A DNA stretch of 64,000 nt from a virus (taxonomy: Duplodnaviria > Caudoviricetes): IMG/VR virus record IMGVR_UViG_3300014205_000025, positions 860 to 64,859 of that record, one strand, 5' to 3'. The position numbers and the translations under genes are program-made. Shown here in pieces: positions 18,494 through 27,337 of the stretch. Under the pieces are notes generated by a model, which saw nothing but the letters and a program-made list of their open reading frames with translations, was not told the DNA's origin and ran no database searches. Position 1 is the first letter of the stretch; every line of letters starts with the position of its first letter.

Positions 18494-19051
18494 ATGACGA
18501 ACCAATACCGAGTCGGCATGACCATCCACATGGTCGAGACGTTCGAGCATGTCACCGAGTCCATTGACCGCCCCGCCGCCGAGAAGGCCGCCATCGAGGC
18601 CGCTGAACGCCAATACCCGAACGCATCCGAAATCCTCGTGCATGAATGCGAGCTGCTGGCCAAGGGCGCGCCGGCACCCGTCGACCCGGTCAAGCTGCTG
18701 ACCGACGCGCTGCTGACGATCTACCAGGGCAGTTGCACGCCTTCTGGTCGGTGGCTGACGCTCGACGGCGATGACGATGCCGGATCGAACGTGGACCACC
18801 CAGACGATGGGTTCTACGATTCCGAGGAACCGCCCGAGGGGTACAATGATGAGGGCTGGGCGAACGGCGATGACTGCCCCCACGATCCACCTTTGCAGCC
18901 CGCGCAATGGCACCCGTACACAGCGTCCGAGCAGCGGGACTGGCTGAATACGGTTGCCCATGAGGCGAGGCGCGCGCTGCTGACGCAGGGCATCGACCCG
19001 GACAAGGCGCCGGAACCGCCGATCGCCAGCGGCCAGGGCGGAGCGTCATGA
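18494..19051 (+). CDS. Hypothetical protein with an acidic central region
   Basis: GAGG RBS; N-terminal domain paralogous to 17209..17622. Confidence 0.7.
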   Translation: MTNQYRVGMTIHMVETFEHVTESIDRPAAEKAAIEAAERQYPNASEILVHECELLAKGAPAPVDPVKLLTDALLTIYQGSCTPSGRWLTLDGDDDAGSNVDHPDDGFYDSEEPPEGYNDEGWANGDDCPHDPPLQPAQWHPYTASEQRDWLNTVAHEARRALLTQGIDPDKAPEPPIASGQGGAS

Positions 19052-19305
19052 CAGCCCGCCCCGCCGATCTGCTCTACGCGCGGGAGGGCTACTATTCCCG
19101 CCTGGAGCCGGCCCGGCTGATCTGGGCACTCGGCTATTCCAGCCCAGGCCGGTCACGGTTCGACCCGATCTTGAACGCGACGAACACCGCGCCGCTGCGG
19201 TTTCGGTCCTACCGAACGGCGTGCCTGTTCGCCGCCGGCTCGCACACGCACTTGCCGCCCCCGATCCGGTGGCCGGACGGTGTAAACCGCGCGCCGAACC
19301 CCTGA
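19048..19305 (+). CDS. Hypothetical protein
   Basis: ATGA overlap with the previous gene. Confidence 0.5.
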   Translation: MTARPADLLYAREGYYSRLEPARLIWALGYSSPGRSRFDPILNATNTAPLRFRSYRTACLFAAGSHTHLPPPIRWPDGVNRAPNP

Positions 19306-19387
19306 CCCATACCCTTCCCCGCGCCCGGCTATGCGCGGGGTTTGGCCTGGATCAGATCTGACTGGCCAGGATCAAGGAGCAACACCC

Positions 19388-19630
19388 ATGCCTGACGAAC
19401 ACGACAAGCCGGCCGAGACGCCGCGATCCGCGCTGCTGCTGCCAACACTCTACCAGGAGCATTATCTGGGCGACGGTCTCTATGTCTGCTTCGACGGCCA
19501 TTCCGTCTGGCTGCGCGCGCCGCGTGGCAACGGGGATCATCGCGTTGCGCTGGACCCCGCAGTGCTGGCCGGGTTCATACAGTGGACCCAGCCCATCCGT
19601 GACGCGCAGAAGCAGCAGGGAGGCGGCTGA
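19388..19630 (+). CDS. Hypothetical protein
   Basis: AAGGAG RBS; YLGDGLYV.FDG...WLRA motif is common in phage small proteins. Confidence 0.7.
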   Translation: MPDEHDKPAETPRSALLLPTLYQEHYLGDGLYVCFDGHSVWLRAPRGNGDHRVALDPAVLAGFIQWTQPIRDAQKQQGGG

Positions 19631-19974
19631 TGGAGACCAAGTACACGATCCTGGTGCCAGGACAGCCCGCGCGTGAAGGCACCGTCGATATCCCGATGCG
19701 GCCCAGCTACGGAAACCTCAAGACCGCCGTCGTGCCGATGCTGCGGACGATCATCGACGGGGCATGGGAGCACGTCACCATCATGCTGGAGGACGGCAGC
19801 CGGTCCGATATGTTCGTCGATGAGCATTTCGTCGCCAAGCGCCTGCCTCTCAACCCCGAGGCGACGGCGCACTACCGCCGGGCGACATTGACGCAGGAGC
19901 CTGGCACCAACCCGAACGGGATGCCGGCGATCCTCGGGCCGGCGGTGGTCTTCCACCGGCAGATTTGGTTCTGA
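19630..19974 (+). CDS. DUF3846-like protein
   Basis: G..E.V...MFVDE.....LP.N..AT...I.GPAVVF pattern; TGATG coupling. Confidence 0.7.
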   Translation: METKYTILVPGQPAREGTVDIPMRPSYGNLKTAVVPMLRTIIDGAWEHVTIMLEDGSRSDMFVDEHFVAKRLPLNPEATAHYRRATLTQEPGTNPNGMPAILGPAVVFHRQIWF

Positions 19975-19982
19975 CAAGGAGC

Positions 19983-21212
19983 ATGAGCATGAAACGATAC
20001 AAGATCACCGCCATCATGACCGACGAATGCGTGTGTGTCGGCCACTCGGCCGCTGACGCGCTCGCCCTGGTGCTGGATCACGCGGAGACGCGCTGGTTCC
20101 TGCACTGGAAGCAGAAGCCGAGAGCCACCACCAGGACATGGCATCTGGTGATAACGAACCTGCCGCCGCTGATCGTCAGCTCCTACGTGCCTTACTCGGT
20201 CGACGCCGAGGACGCGAACGAAGCGATGGTGGCGCTGGGCAAGATGCTGATCGAGGACCGGCCGGAAGGCCTGCTGGACTGGCTGGGCGGGCAATACTTC
20301 TGCCGTCAGATCAGGCCGACTGGCTGTGCCATACCCGTGGAAGTGCCGCAGCCGATCGTCGTTCCTGATACCGCGGTCTGCCTGCTCGGAGACCAGTTGA
20401 CGGAGGATGAGCTCGAGGGGATCAGGAAGAAAGGACTGACGGGACCGGTCATCATCAACCGGATTCCGACTGGATCGGGGATCACGAATGAGCAGGCGGA
20501 TCAGCTTCGAACGACAGCGCGGAAGCGCACGGAAGTGGAGATCAACGCGTTTGGACGGTCGGACCCGCTTCGCGATATGAGAACGATCATGGCGGCAGAA
20601 ACCACCATCGGCCCCTTCGATGCCGAGCCATTGCGGGGTGAAGGACGCGCCGGCGATCAGCCGCTCACGCCCGAGGTCCTGATCCCGGAACTGAATGTGG
20701 CGGGCCGGCTGGTGCAGGGGTTCGGCGGCTTCGCGGACGAGACACTATCCTCGCTCGGTGGCGCTGGTGGCCAGCCGATCAACGAGACGGACACGGGATT
20801 CGTCCAGGCCCGCTCTACCGGGCATTCGGTCACGGATGCCGGCGACGGCTTCAATGAGCCGGTGCTGGGAGAGGCGCAGTACACGGGATATCCCGGTCCC
20901 TGGACGGTCACCGTCGTGATGGCGGACCGGTCGTGGGGCGGGCGCGAGGAGGGAGGCTGGTGGTTCGACACCTTCGATCCGTTCGACGGACACGCCAGGG
21001 AGCGCGCCATCGACGAGAAGATCGACCGCCTGTTTTGGAACATGGCCGAGGCCATCGCCTACAGCCTGAAGGTCGACGAGAAGTGCAAGGAGTGGAACAC
21101 CGAGGAGCGCCGCCGGCGGAAGGACTCGGTGGCGTCGATCGGGGTCTATGAAGCCTACGTCTATGAGGGCTACCCGGTTCGCATTCCGGCGGAAAAGCCG
21201 ATGTACGAGTAG
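19983..21212 (+). CDS. Multi-domain hypothetical protein
   Basis: AAGGAG RBS; C-terminal DRSWGGREEGGWW...P..KPMYE domain. Confidence 0.7.
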   Translation: MSMKRYKITAIMTDECVCVGHSAADALALVLDHAETRWFLHWKQKPRATTRTWHLVITNLPPLIVSSYVPYSVDAEDANEAMVALGKMLIEDRPEGLLDWLGGQYFCRQIRPTGCAIPVEVPQPIVVPDTAVCLLGDQLTEDELEGIRKKGLTGPVIINRIPTGSGITNEQADQLRTTARKRTEVEINAFGRSDPLRDMRTIMAAETTIGPFDAEPLRGEGRAGDQPLTPEVLIPELNVAGRLVQGFGGFADETLSSLGGAGGQPINETDTGFVQARSTGHSVTDAGDGFNEPVLGEAQYTGYPGPWTVTVVMADRSWGGREEGGWWFDTFDPFDGHARERAIDEKIDRLFWNMAEAIAYSLKVDEKCKEWNTEERRRRKDSVASIGVYEAYVYEGYPVRIPAEKPMYE

Positions 21213-21293
21213 CCTCCTCCTGCCCTGACTGCGACGGATACCGCCTTGCCCCAGCGGGGCGGTATCAGCCACGGCCAGCACAAGGAGGATACC

Positions 21294-21761
21294 ATGCCGA
21301 TGGATTACGACCGTCTACGGACAGCCGCGCAGAGGGTGGTGGTGGCCTGGGGGGCCGCTCGCGGCAAGGACGACATGACCGACGCTATTGTCGAGTTGCG
21401 TGATGTGCTTGATGACCCGCTCTACATGCTGTCCGACAAGTTCCGAGAACCGCACCCACCGTTGAGCGACGATCTGCCCATCCACGTCACGGCACCGACC
21501 GCGATCAGCTATCGCCGCAACCTGGCTCATGTGGGCGGCGGTCATTGGAACATGGAGATTGTCCGAACGGCACACGACGATGCGGCGCTGCTGCATCATG
21601 CTCTGGTCGGGATGTTTCAATCGGCCAACCAGGACACGCTGGAAGCCATCATGCCGATCCTGACAACAGGACAGCGCGCCACCCGGCATTCCATGGTCTG
21701 GTTCGCGCGCGCCACGCCGATCTGCTGGGTCAAGATGACGCTTGAGCGCGGGCGATGGTGA
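21294..21761 (+). CDS. Hypothetical protein
   Basis: AAGGAGG RBS; start re-called at MPMDY. Confidence 0.65.
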   Translation: MPMDYDRLRTAAQRVVVAWGAARGKDDMTDAIVELRDVLDDPLYMLSDKFREPHPPLSDDLPIHVTAPTAISYRRNLAHVGGGHWNMEIVRTAHDDAALLHHALVGMFQSANQDTLEAIMPILTTGQRATRHSMVWFARATPICWVKMTLERGRW

Positions 21762-22036
21762 TGAGCAAGCGATACATCGCCTGCTCGATGGCAACCGGGA
21801 GGTCCCTTGCGATAGCGGGGACCGCCCGGGAGGCCGCCGACGAAGCCATGCGGCGATACCCTGGCGTGCCGCTGCGGTGGATCGAAGTGATCCGGGCAGC
21901 GTCACCGGAACGCGCTACACGGCTCTACACGCTACACAAGCCGCTGGCTCTCTGCCGGGTCGACAACGGGGCAGTGACCGTGTTCCGCGGTGACCGTGGA
22001 GGCACGGGCTTGGCACCGATCGACTGGCGCGAATGA
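21755..22036 (+). CDS. Hypothetical protein
   Basis: Overlaps the stop of the previous gene; true start at 21755 or 21761. Confidence 0.55.
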   Translation: MVMSKRYIACSMATGRSLAIAGTAREAADEAMRRYPGVPLRWIEVIRAASPERATRLYTLHKPLALCRVDNGAVTVFRGDRGGTGLAPIDWRE

Positions 22037-22284
22037 AGCCACCCAAGAACATGCCCCCGATCGTGCTGACGGCGGAAATGGCCACGGCGTTGACGCTGGC
22101 CGCCGCCGCTGGCCGACCGCGTGAACTGGCCATGATACCGGTGGTGGCGCGCAACATGCTGGTGCTGCATGGGCTGCTGTCCGAGGTCACGCCCCGTGGG
22201 GCCAAGCAGCGCGTCTACCGGATAACCCGGCGGGGCGACAACGTGCGGCAGAAATGGGCCAACACCCGGCCGGCTGACGAGTGA
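22033..22284 (+). CDS. Small winged-helix-like protein
   Basis: ATGA overlap; LVLHGLL...YRITRRG ending resembles wHTH wings. Confidence 0.55.
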   Translation: MKPPKNMPPIVLTAEMATALTLAAAAGRPRELAMIPVVARNMLVLHGLLSEVTPRGAKQRVYRITRRGDNVRQKWANTRPADE

Positions 22285-22401
22285 CGGCAGGGAGAAGGAA
22301 GACGCGACGGGGTGCCGGAACGTATCCTGCCGCCCCCCGCCGCGCCACAGGTCCAGCGTCGGGGTTCAGGCGCACCCGAGGCCGGACCGTGTTCTAGCCC
22401 G

Positions 22402-22560
22402 TCACATTCCGTCTTTCGGTGGCCACTCCCGCAGCCGCGACGCGTCCCGACCACACTGTTCGATAATCCCGTCTTGGACGCCAAACTTGTGTCCAACCCA
22501 CCAGCCCACCATGAAGGCGATGGGGATGCCGACGACGATGGTGATGATTAACCCCGTCAT
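22402..22560 (-). CDS. 52-aa single-TM membrane peptide (not in the ORF track)
   Basis: MTGLIITIVVGIPIAFMVGWWVGHKFG...KDGM*; TAATG overlap with the upstream gene. Confidence 0.65.
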   Translation of the reverse strand: MTGLIITIVVGIPIAFMVGWWVGHKFGVQDGIIEQCGRDASRLREWPPKDGM

Positions 22561-22856
22561 TAGAGCCTCCCAGCCCAGAATCCCTCAATCCACACCGCGT
22601 TCAGATGGTCCGCCGTCTCCTCCGCCTCGGTGAACGCCTCGGCATGACTCCAGCTTGTGCTGATCCCCGTGGCAGTGGCGAGGTTGAGCACCGTCGCGCC
22701 GGTGACGGTCGAGCCGCATTGCCCACATGGAGCATCGTCCAGGCGATAGACCCGGAACGGCCCCCGTTTGTCCTCCATGGGATCAATCCGTGCCGGATCG
22801 TAACCCGCCTCCCGCAATTCATCGTCCGTCTTTGGTGAGAACAGTTCGTCGCTCAT
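22560..22856 (-). CDS. Hypothetical protein with CxxC
   Basis: 98 aa; AAGGA RBS. Confidence 0.6.
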   Translation of the reverse strand: MSDELFSPKTDDELREAGYDPARIDPMEDKRGPFRVYRLDDAPCGQCGSTVTGATVLNLATATGISTSWSHAEAFTEAEETADHLNAVWIEGFWAGRL

Positions 22857-22875
22857 TGGCTTGGTCCTTCTGGTT

Positions 22876-23484
22876 TCAGTTCAGCCGGTTTGCGCTCGGG
22901 TCATAAGTCCGATCGTCCGGCGACATGCGGCGTCGAGCACTCGACACCAGCATCTGCTCAACATCCGCGATGACCAGCGACGGCATGAACGTCACCATGT
23001 CCTCCTGCGTCTTCGCCAGGAATGCCTGCGCTGCATCGGTGTCGATGCCGTGCGCCAGCAGTGTGGTCTGCGCCTCCAGCGCCAGGCGCTCGATGCTGGC
23101 AACGGCCTGCGCCTCCATCGCCTCGATGCGCTTCTTCGCGGCCCGCCGCAGTTCCGCCATGCGTTGGACAAAGGCGTTCTCGCCCCGCCCGTACCAGGAC
23201 AGGTTCAGCGTTGGGGCAAATTCCTTCGGGATACCCAGCGCCTCGCAACGCTTGGCGACCATTTCCGCCGCCTGCCGCACAGCATCGGCCGCCTCACGCT
23301 GGGCCGCTGCCCACACGGCGTCATCGTTGAACGAATAGGCGGCGGCGGCTTGCGCCTCAAACTCCGCCAGCATCTGGGCCGAGCGTTCCGCCGCCATCGA
23401 CTTCATGACGCGCTCGCGCTTGCGAACAAGCGACAGCAGTTCAGCCCGCTCGCCCTTGGTCATTCTGGTATCGTTCGCGCTCAT
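22876..23484 (-). CDS. Coiled-coil hypothetical protein
   Basis: Start re-called at MSANDT; ATGA overlap; A/E/R-rich helices. Confidence 0.7.
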   Translation of the reverse strand: MSANDTRMTKGERAELLSLVRKRERVMKSMAAERSAQMLAEFEAQAAAAYSFNDDAVWAAAQREAADAVRQAAEMVAKRCEALGIPKEFAPTLNLSWYGRGENAFVQRMAELRRAAKKRIEAMEAQAVASIERLALEAQTTLLAHGIDTDAAQAFLAKTQEDMVTFMPSLVIADVEQMLVSSARRRMSPDDRTYDPSANRLN

Positions 23485-24008
23485 ATGATTGCCCCCTGTC
23501 TCGGTCCCCGTGATCGCTGCGCCAGCAAGATCGGCCGGCAAATCTCAACGACCCGGAAGCATGTGGCCACGTCCATCATGCCGATGTGGCAGTCCGCCGG
23601 CTCAAGGCCGAGCTGCCCGGCCAGCCACTTGTATCCCTTCCCCCGCGCGTGCCCCTGCGTCAGCCCGGATATCTCCATCCGCCGCTTCCACAACGGGTCG
23701 AACGCCGCGTGTGCCATTTTCTTCGCCTCGCGCAGTTCCTCATTCGCCAGCCGGCCGAGGGGGCGATCGGTGCCCTTGTGGCAGCCCACCCAGGCGTGGC
23801 ACGGGTCGCAGTACCAAACCGGCCCCCAATCCCGCCGGTAGAGCGACTCGCTGCTCGCCAGGAACACCGATGCCAGGTTGCAGTACGGGCAGATCGGCGG
23901 CGGTGTCGGTGCCTTCTGCTTCGGCGGCTTCGGTGCCCTTGGCGCCCTCGGCTCGCGTGGGGCACGGGGCTTGCGCGCGCGTCTCGGCGCGGGATCTTTC
24001 TTGGTCAC
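23481..24008 (-). CDS. Zinc-finger protein, DUF3268 family
   Basis: CPYC...C..C.AWVGCH.GT..PLG.LA...LR..K..AH.AFDPLW...Y.WLA.QLG...CHIGM pattern. Confidence 0.85.
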   Translation of the reverse strand: MTKKDPAPRRARKPRAPREPRAPRAPKPPKQKAPTPPPICPYCNLASVFLASSESLYRRDWGPVWYCDPCHAWVGCHKGTDRPLGRLANEELREAKKMAHAAFDPLWKRRMEISGLTQGHARGKGYKWLAGQLGLEPADCHIGMMDVATCFRVVEICRPILLAQRSRGPRQGAII

Positions 24009-24415
24009 TTCTCCCTCCTGCCATCCAGCACGCCCCAGGCAAGGGCCGCTCGGTCCGCTTCCTTCCGATTGTCCTCGATGATCCTCGAAATGCGCGCCGC
24101 GATTTCGTCGGTCTCCTCCCCGCGCGAGGTTCGGTAATCACACCCGAACCCAGCGCCGATCAGGACCGCGGCCCCATCCGACAAGGCTTTCTTGCCCTTC
24201 ACCATCGCCCGCGCCTTCGCATACTTGGCTGGATTGGCCACCAGCCCGCACCGATACGCGCCGTCGGCATGTTCCAGCGCGGGACAGCGGCCGGACTCGT
24301 AGCTGACCCGGAGAACCCGCACGGCGAGCGGGCACGGCTCCTGTTTGCAGCAGACCCCGCAGCCATTGCAGGGCGAGCCATAGGCTGGACGGTCTGGGGC
24401 TTCTTCCATCGTCAC
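24005..24415 (-). CDS. Cys-cluster (YkgJ/Fe-S or Zn-binding-like) protein
   Basis: CNGCGVCC...C...CPAL...C motif. Confidence 0.7.
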   Translation of the reverse strand: MTMEEAPDRPAYGSPCNGCGVCCKQEPCPLAVRVLRVSYESGRCPALEHADGAYRCGLVANPAKYAKARAMVKGKKALSDGAAVLIGAGFGCDYRTSRGEETDEIAARISRIIEDNRKEADRAALAWGVLDGRREK

Positions 24416-26259
24416 GTTCCTCCGAACAGATCAGGCGCCTCGGGGTCGGCCTGCGATGCCCCGCTCGCCAGATCGAAGTAGCGGCCGCAGGTGTCATCAA
24501 AGCCGATTAAGGCCTTGTTGCCCTTGCGGCCGAGGCGCTGGTAGCGCGCCTTCCATATGTGAATTTCGGTAATGTCGGTCGGCGTGTGGACGGTGATGCC
24601 CAGGTCCGGCTTGTTCGCCCAATGCGCCGATGAGGCGATGTCATAGGGGCCGGGGGCCTGGAGCGGAGCGCCAGGTTTCGGCGGGACCATCTTGCTCGGA
24701 TGGGCGATCACCCAGACGTTGACGCCGTGCCGGTTGGCGAACACGCGAATGCGCTGGAGGCACAAGCCGATGTATTCGGTCTCTGTCATCTTGTCCGGCC
24801 GCGCGTGATCCATCTCGTTCCAGGGATCGACCAGGATATCGGTGATGCCGTACTGCAGGATCGCCAGCCGCGCCCGGTCGAACAGCCAGGACAGCGTCGG
24901 CGGATTGTCCTCGTCGTCGGACACCAGCATCGTGACCGCGTTCTCGATCCACGCTTCGGCGTGCGCTATCTCCGCATCGGACATAGCCTCGATGCCCCGC
25001 GCCCGGCGGGCGTAGAACGGCTTGCCGATCAGCACTTCCGCGATCTGCGCCGTGAACTGCTCCCAGGGGAACATTTCCGGGCTGTAGACCAGCCAGCGGC
25101 GCTTATGCCACGACGCGGTGTGGACCATCACGAACCGCACCCAGGACGTCTTCCCGGCGTTGGGGATGCCGGTCACGATGATCAACATGCCCTCGGTCGG
25201 CAGCCGCAGCGCCGCATCGGTGGATTTCGTGCCGGTTCGCATCGTGCTCGGTGGCGGGCGCAGCCGCAGCTTGGCCAGCGTGCCAGCCTGGACCCGCTGC
25301 ACGCCCTCGATCGGCCAAGGCTTCGCCCCCGCGATCAGTTCGGCCAGGCGCTCGGGGCCATGCAGGCGCAGCACGTCGCCGGCGTCCTTGCAGCCTTCCG
25401 GCCAGTCGACCAGCCAGACCCGGTGCCGGCCGAGGCGACGGGCAAGCTCCTCGCGCAGCACATGACCTGGTGCATCGTTGTCGCCGGCCAGGATGATCCT
25501 GCTGAACCGCTGTAGCTCCTCGGCGTGCAGCTCCAGCGCCGCGAATCGCTTGTCATGCTCCCGGGCCGGATCATCCTCGGCGCGCAGCTTGTCGGGGGCG
25601 CCGTCCTTGAGCGTGACCGTGAATCGGTATCCCGCCTCATGGCAGGCCATCACATCGGGCTCGCCTTCAACCCAGACCACCCAGCCGTCATCCGGGCAGT
25701 CTGCCAGGGCATCCACGTTGAACAGGGTCGGCAGCGCGTCCTTGTCCTGCATCTGCGGGTTCTTGAACGGGGGCCGGTACTTCCGGTTCACCAGCTCGCC
25801 GCGCCACACGTACGGGAACGTGATCGCCGGCCACTCTTTCGCCGGGTGATCGCCGCTGGCGGGAAACCAGTGCTGGGAAATGTAGACGCCGAAGTGGTCG
25901 ACCGTCTCCCGGCTGATCCCCCGTTTCTCAAAGAACGTGTAGAGCGGTTCCGGCCGCGCCAGGACCGGGTGCGGAGTCGGGCGGGTGTATTCCTCGGGGC
26001 TCCGCCGCCTCTCGGGTTCGCGCCTCACGGGACGAGCGCGGTCGGTGCGAATCCCCTCCGCCCAGCCGCAGCTACCGCGGTGACATTTCCAGACGACACC
26101 TTCGCCGTCCTGGTCGATGCTGACGGTCAAGCTGGGCTCGCGCCTGCGGCCGCCATCGCATTTCGGGCAGAGGATTTGCTCGGTATGCCCGGGGCGCTGG
26201 GATTTCAGCTTGAGCCCATGATCCGCCAGGATGGCGGCAACGTCGGGGAAGTTGCTCAT
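24412..26259 (-). CDS. Primase-helicase, T7 gp4/Twinkle-like
   Basis: Zn finger CPKC...CHRGSC; TOPRIM EGEPD and DND; SF4 helicase TGIPNAGKT, VDPWN, AHP.K, DIASSAHW motifs. Confidence 0.92.
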   Translation of the reverse strand: MSNFPDVAAILADHGLKLKSQRPGHTEQILCPKCDGGRRREPSLTVSIDQDGEGVVWKCHRGSCGWAEGIRTDRARPVRREPERRRSPEEYTRPTPHPVLARPEPLYTFFEKRGISRETVDHFGVYISQHWFPASGDHPAKEWPAITFPYVWRGELVNRKYRPPFKNPQMQDKDALPTLFNVDALADCPDDGWVVWVEGEPDVMACHEAGYRFTVTLKDGAPDKLRAEDDPAREHDKRFAALELHAEELQRFSRIILAGDNDAPGHVLREELARRLGRHRVWLVDWPEGCKDAGDVLRLHGPERLAELIAGAKPWPIEGVQRVQAGTLAKLRLRPPPSTMRTGTKSTDAALRLPTEGMLIIVTGIPNAGKTSWVRFVMVHTASWHKRRWLVYSPEMFPWEQFTAQIAEVLIGKPFYARRARGIEAMSDAEIAHAEAWIENAVTMLVSDDEDNPPTLSWLFDRARLAILQYGITDILVDPWNEMDHARPDKMTETEYIGLCLQRIRVFANRHGVNVWVIAHPSKMVPPKPGAPLQAPGPYDIASSAHWANKPDLGITVHTPTDITEIHIWKARYQRLGRKGNKALIGFDDTCGRYFDLASGASQADPEAPDLFGGT

Positions 26260-26414
26260 GACCGCTCCACCCTCCTGGAAGGAGTCGGCCGGCGCGCGTC
26301 CCCAGGACTGCCCGCGCCGGCCGCCATAGCCGGGTTCCCGAGCTGCTTACAACGGGCGGTGTTGCAAACGACATCCCGGCTATTGGTCATCATCATCGAG
26401 GTCCGAAGGGTCAT
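26256..26414 (-). CDS. Small coupled ORF (52 aa)
   Basis: TGATG overlap with the initiator stop and ATGA overlap with the primase start. Confidence 0.45.
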   Translation of the reverse strand: MTLRTSMMMTNSRDVVCNTARCKQLGNPAMAAGAGSPGDARRPTPSRRVERS

Positions 26415-27337
26415 CACAGCGAGGTCCGAAGGGTCGATGCTTGATAACGCTCGCCCCGGGCTACTTCCTTCGCCGTCACGCCCCGCGCACGCTCCAGGTC
26501 CTCTTTCCGCCACCGCTCCTGGTTCAAGCACCAGGTCCGCCATGCCGCGTCCCACGATGCCATCACGCTTCCCTTCGCCTGATGGTGAGCGACGAACCGG
26601 GGGGCTTCATGGGCCGCGATGGACCCGTGCTTGGCGGCAAACTCCAGTCCCTTCTCCGACGGCTCCCAGGTCTCCGGGATCGGCGTCAACGCGGCCTTGG
26701 GCCGGGGGGATGCGCGCTTGGGCTTCGGCTCGCTAACACTAACGGGGGCTGCGGGCGTTAGTGTTAGCGGGGGCTCTGTCTGCGGTTGCGTCGGCTCTGA
26801 AATTTCAGCCTCGCGCGTTGTAGTCGGTATAGGATTCTCTGGTGGTACAGGGGTAGGAAGATTGGATAAGATATTCTTACTTAAGGAATCTGTACTAGAA
26901 GATTCAGTACTACTCGAAGCGGGCAATAGGGAACCGAGAGACCCTATTTCGGCGGAACCGAGAGACCCTATTTCGGCCGGAATAGGGGAACCAGGGACCC
27001 CATTTAATAGGGGCCTGAGAGACCCTATTGGCCGCATTTTCACCGGCGCCTTTGTTAGCGTCTCGTTAGCCGCCTCGGGTGTGGACAGGCGATAGACGAT
27101 AACCCGGTTCGTCCCCCCCGACCGCTCTCCGGTGTCGATCAGCCACCCCGCATCACGCAGCTTCCTGATCGATACCCGGACCGTCTTCCGGCACAGTTCG
27201 GTTGCGCCCACCATGTCATCCCAGGTCGGGGCCGCGCAACCGTCCGGTGACGCTATCCTGGCCATCATGATCAACACGAGCTTGTCGATGGGATTCCCGA
27301 TGCGGGCCGCCGCGATCTGATCCAACATCGATGTCAT
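26414..27337 (-). CDS. Replication initiator (N-terminal wHTH, central repeat linker, DnaT-like C-terminal domain)
   Basis: KLVLIMMA...P....M...TELCRKTV..SI..L...GWL (HTH_36-like); C-terminal WEP...F..HH.AKG....W.AAWRTW. Start re-called at 27337. Confidence 0.8.
   Translation of the reverse strand: MTSMLDQIAAARIGNPIDKLVLIMMARIASPDGCAAPTWDDMVGATELCRKTVRVSIRKLRDAGWLIDTGERSGGTNRVIVYRLSTPEAANETLTKAPVKMRPIGSLRPLLNGVPGSPIPAEIGSLGSAEIGSLGSLLPASSSTESSSTDSLSKNILSNLPTPVPPENPIPTTTREAEISEPTQPQTEPPLTLTPAAPVSVSEPKPKRASPRPKAALTPIPETWEPSEKGLEFAAKHGSIAAHEAPRFVAHHQAKGSVMASWDAAWRTWCLNQERWRKEDLERARGVTAKEVARGERYQASTLRTSL
26858..27029. repeat. Putative replication origin: iterons plus AT-rich tract inside the initiator gene
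   Basis: 24-bp tandem GGAACCGAGAGACCCTATTTCGGC at 26930-26953 and 26954-26977. CCCTATT/AATAGGG core occurs six times between 26925 and 27029. AT-rich stretch at about 26858-26912. Confidence 0.7.
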
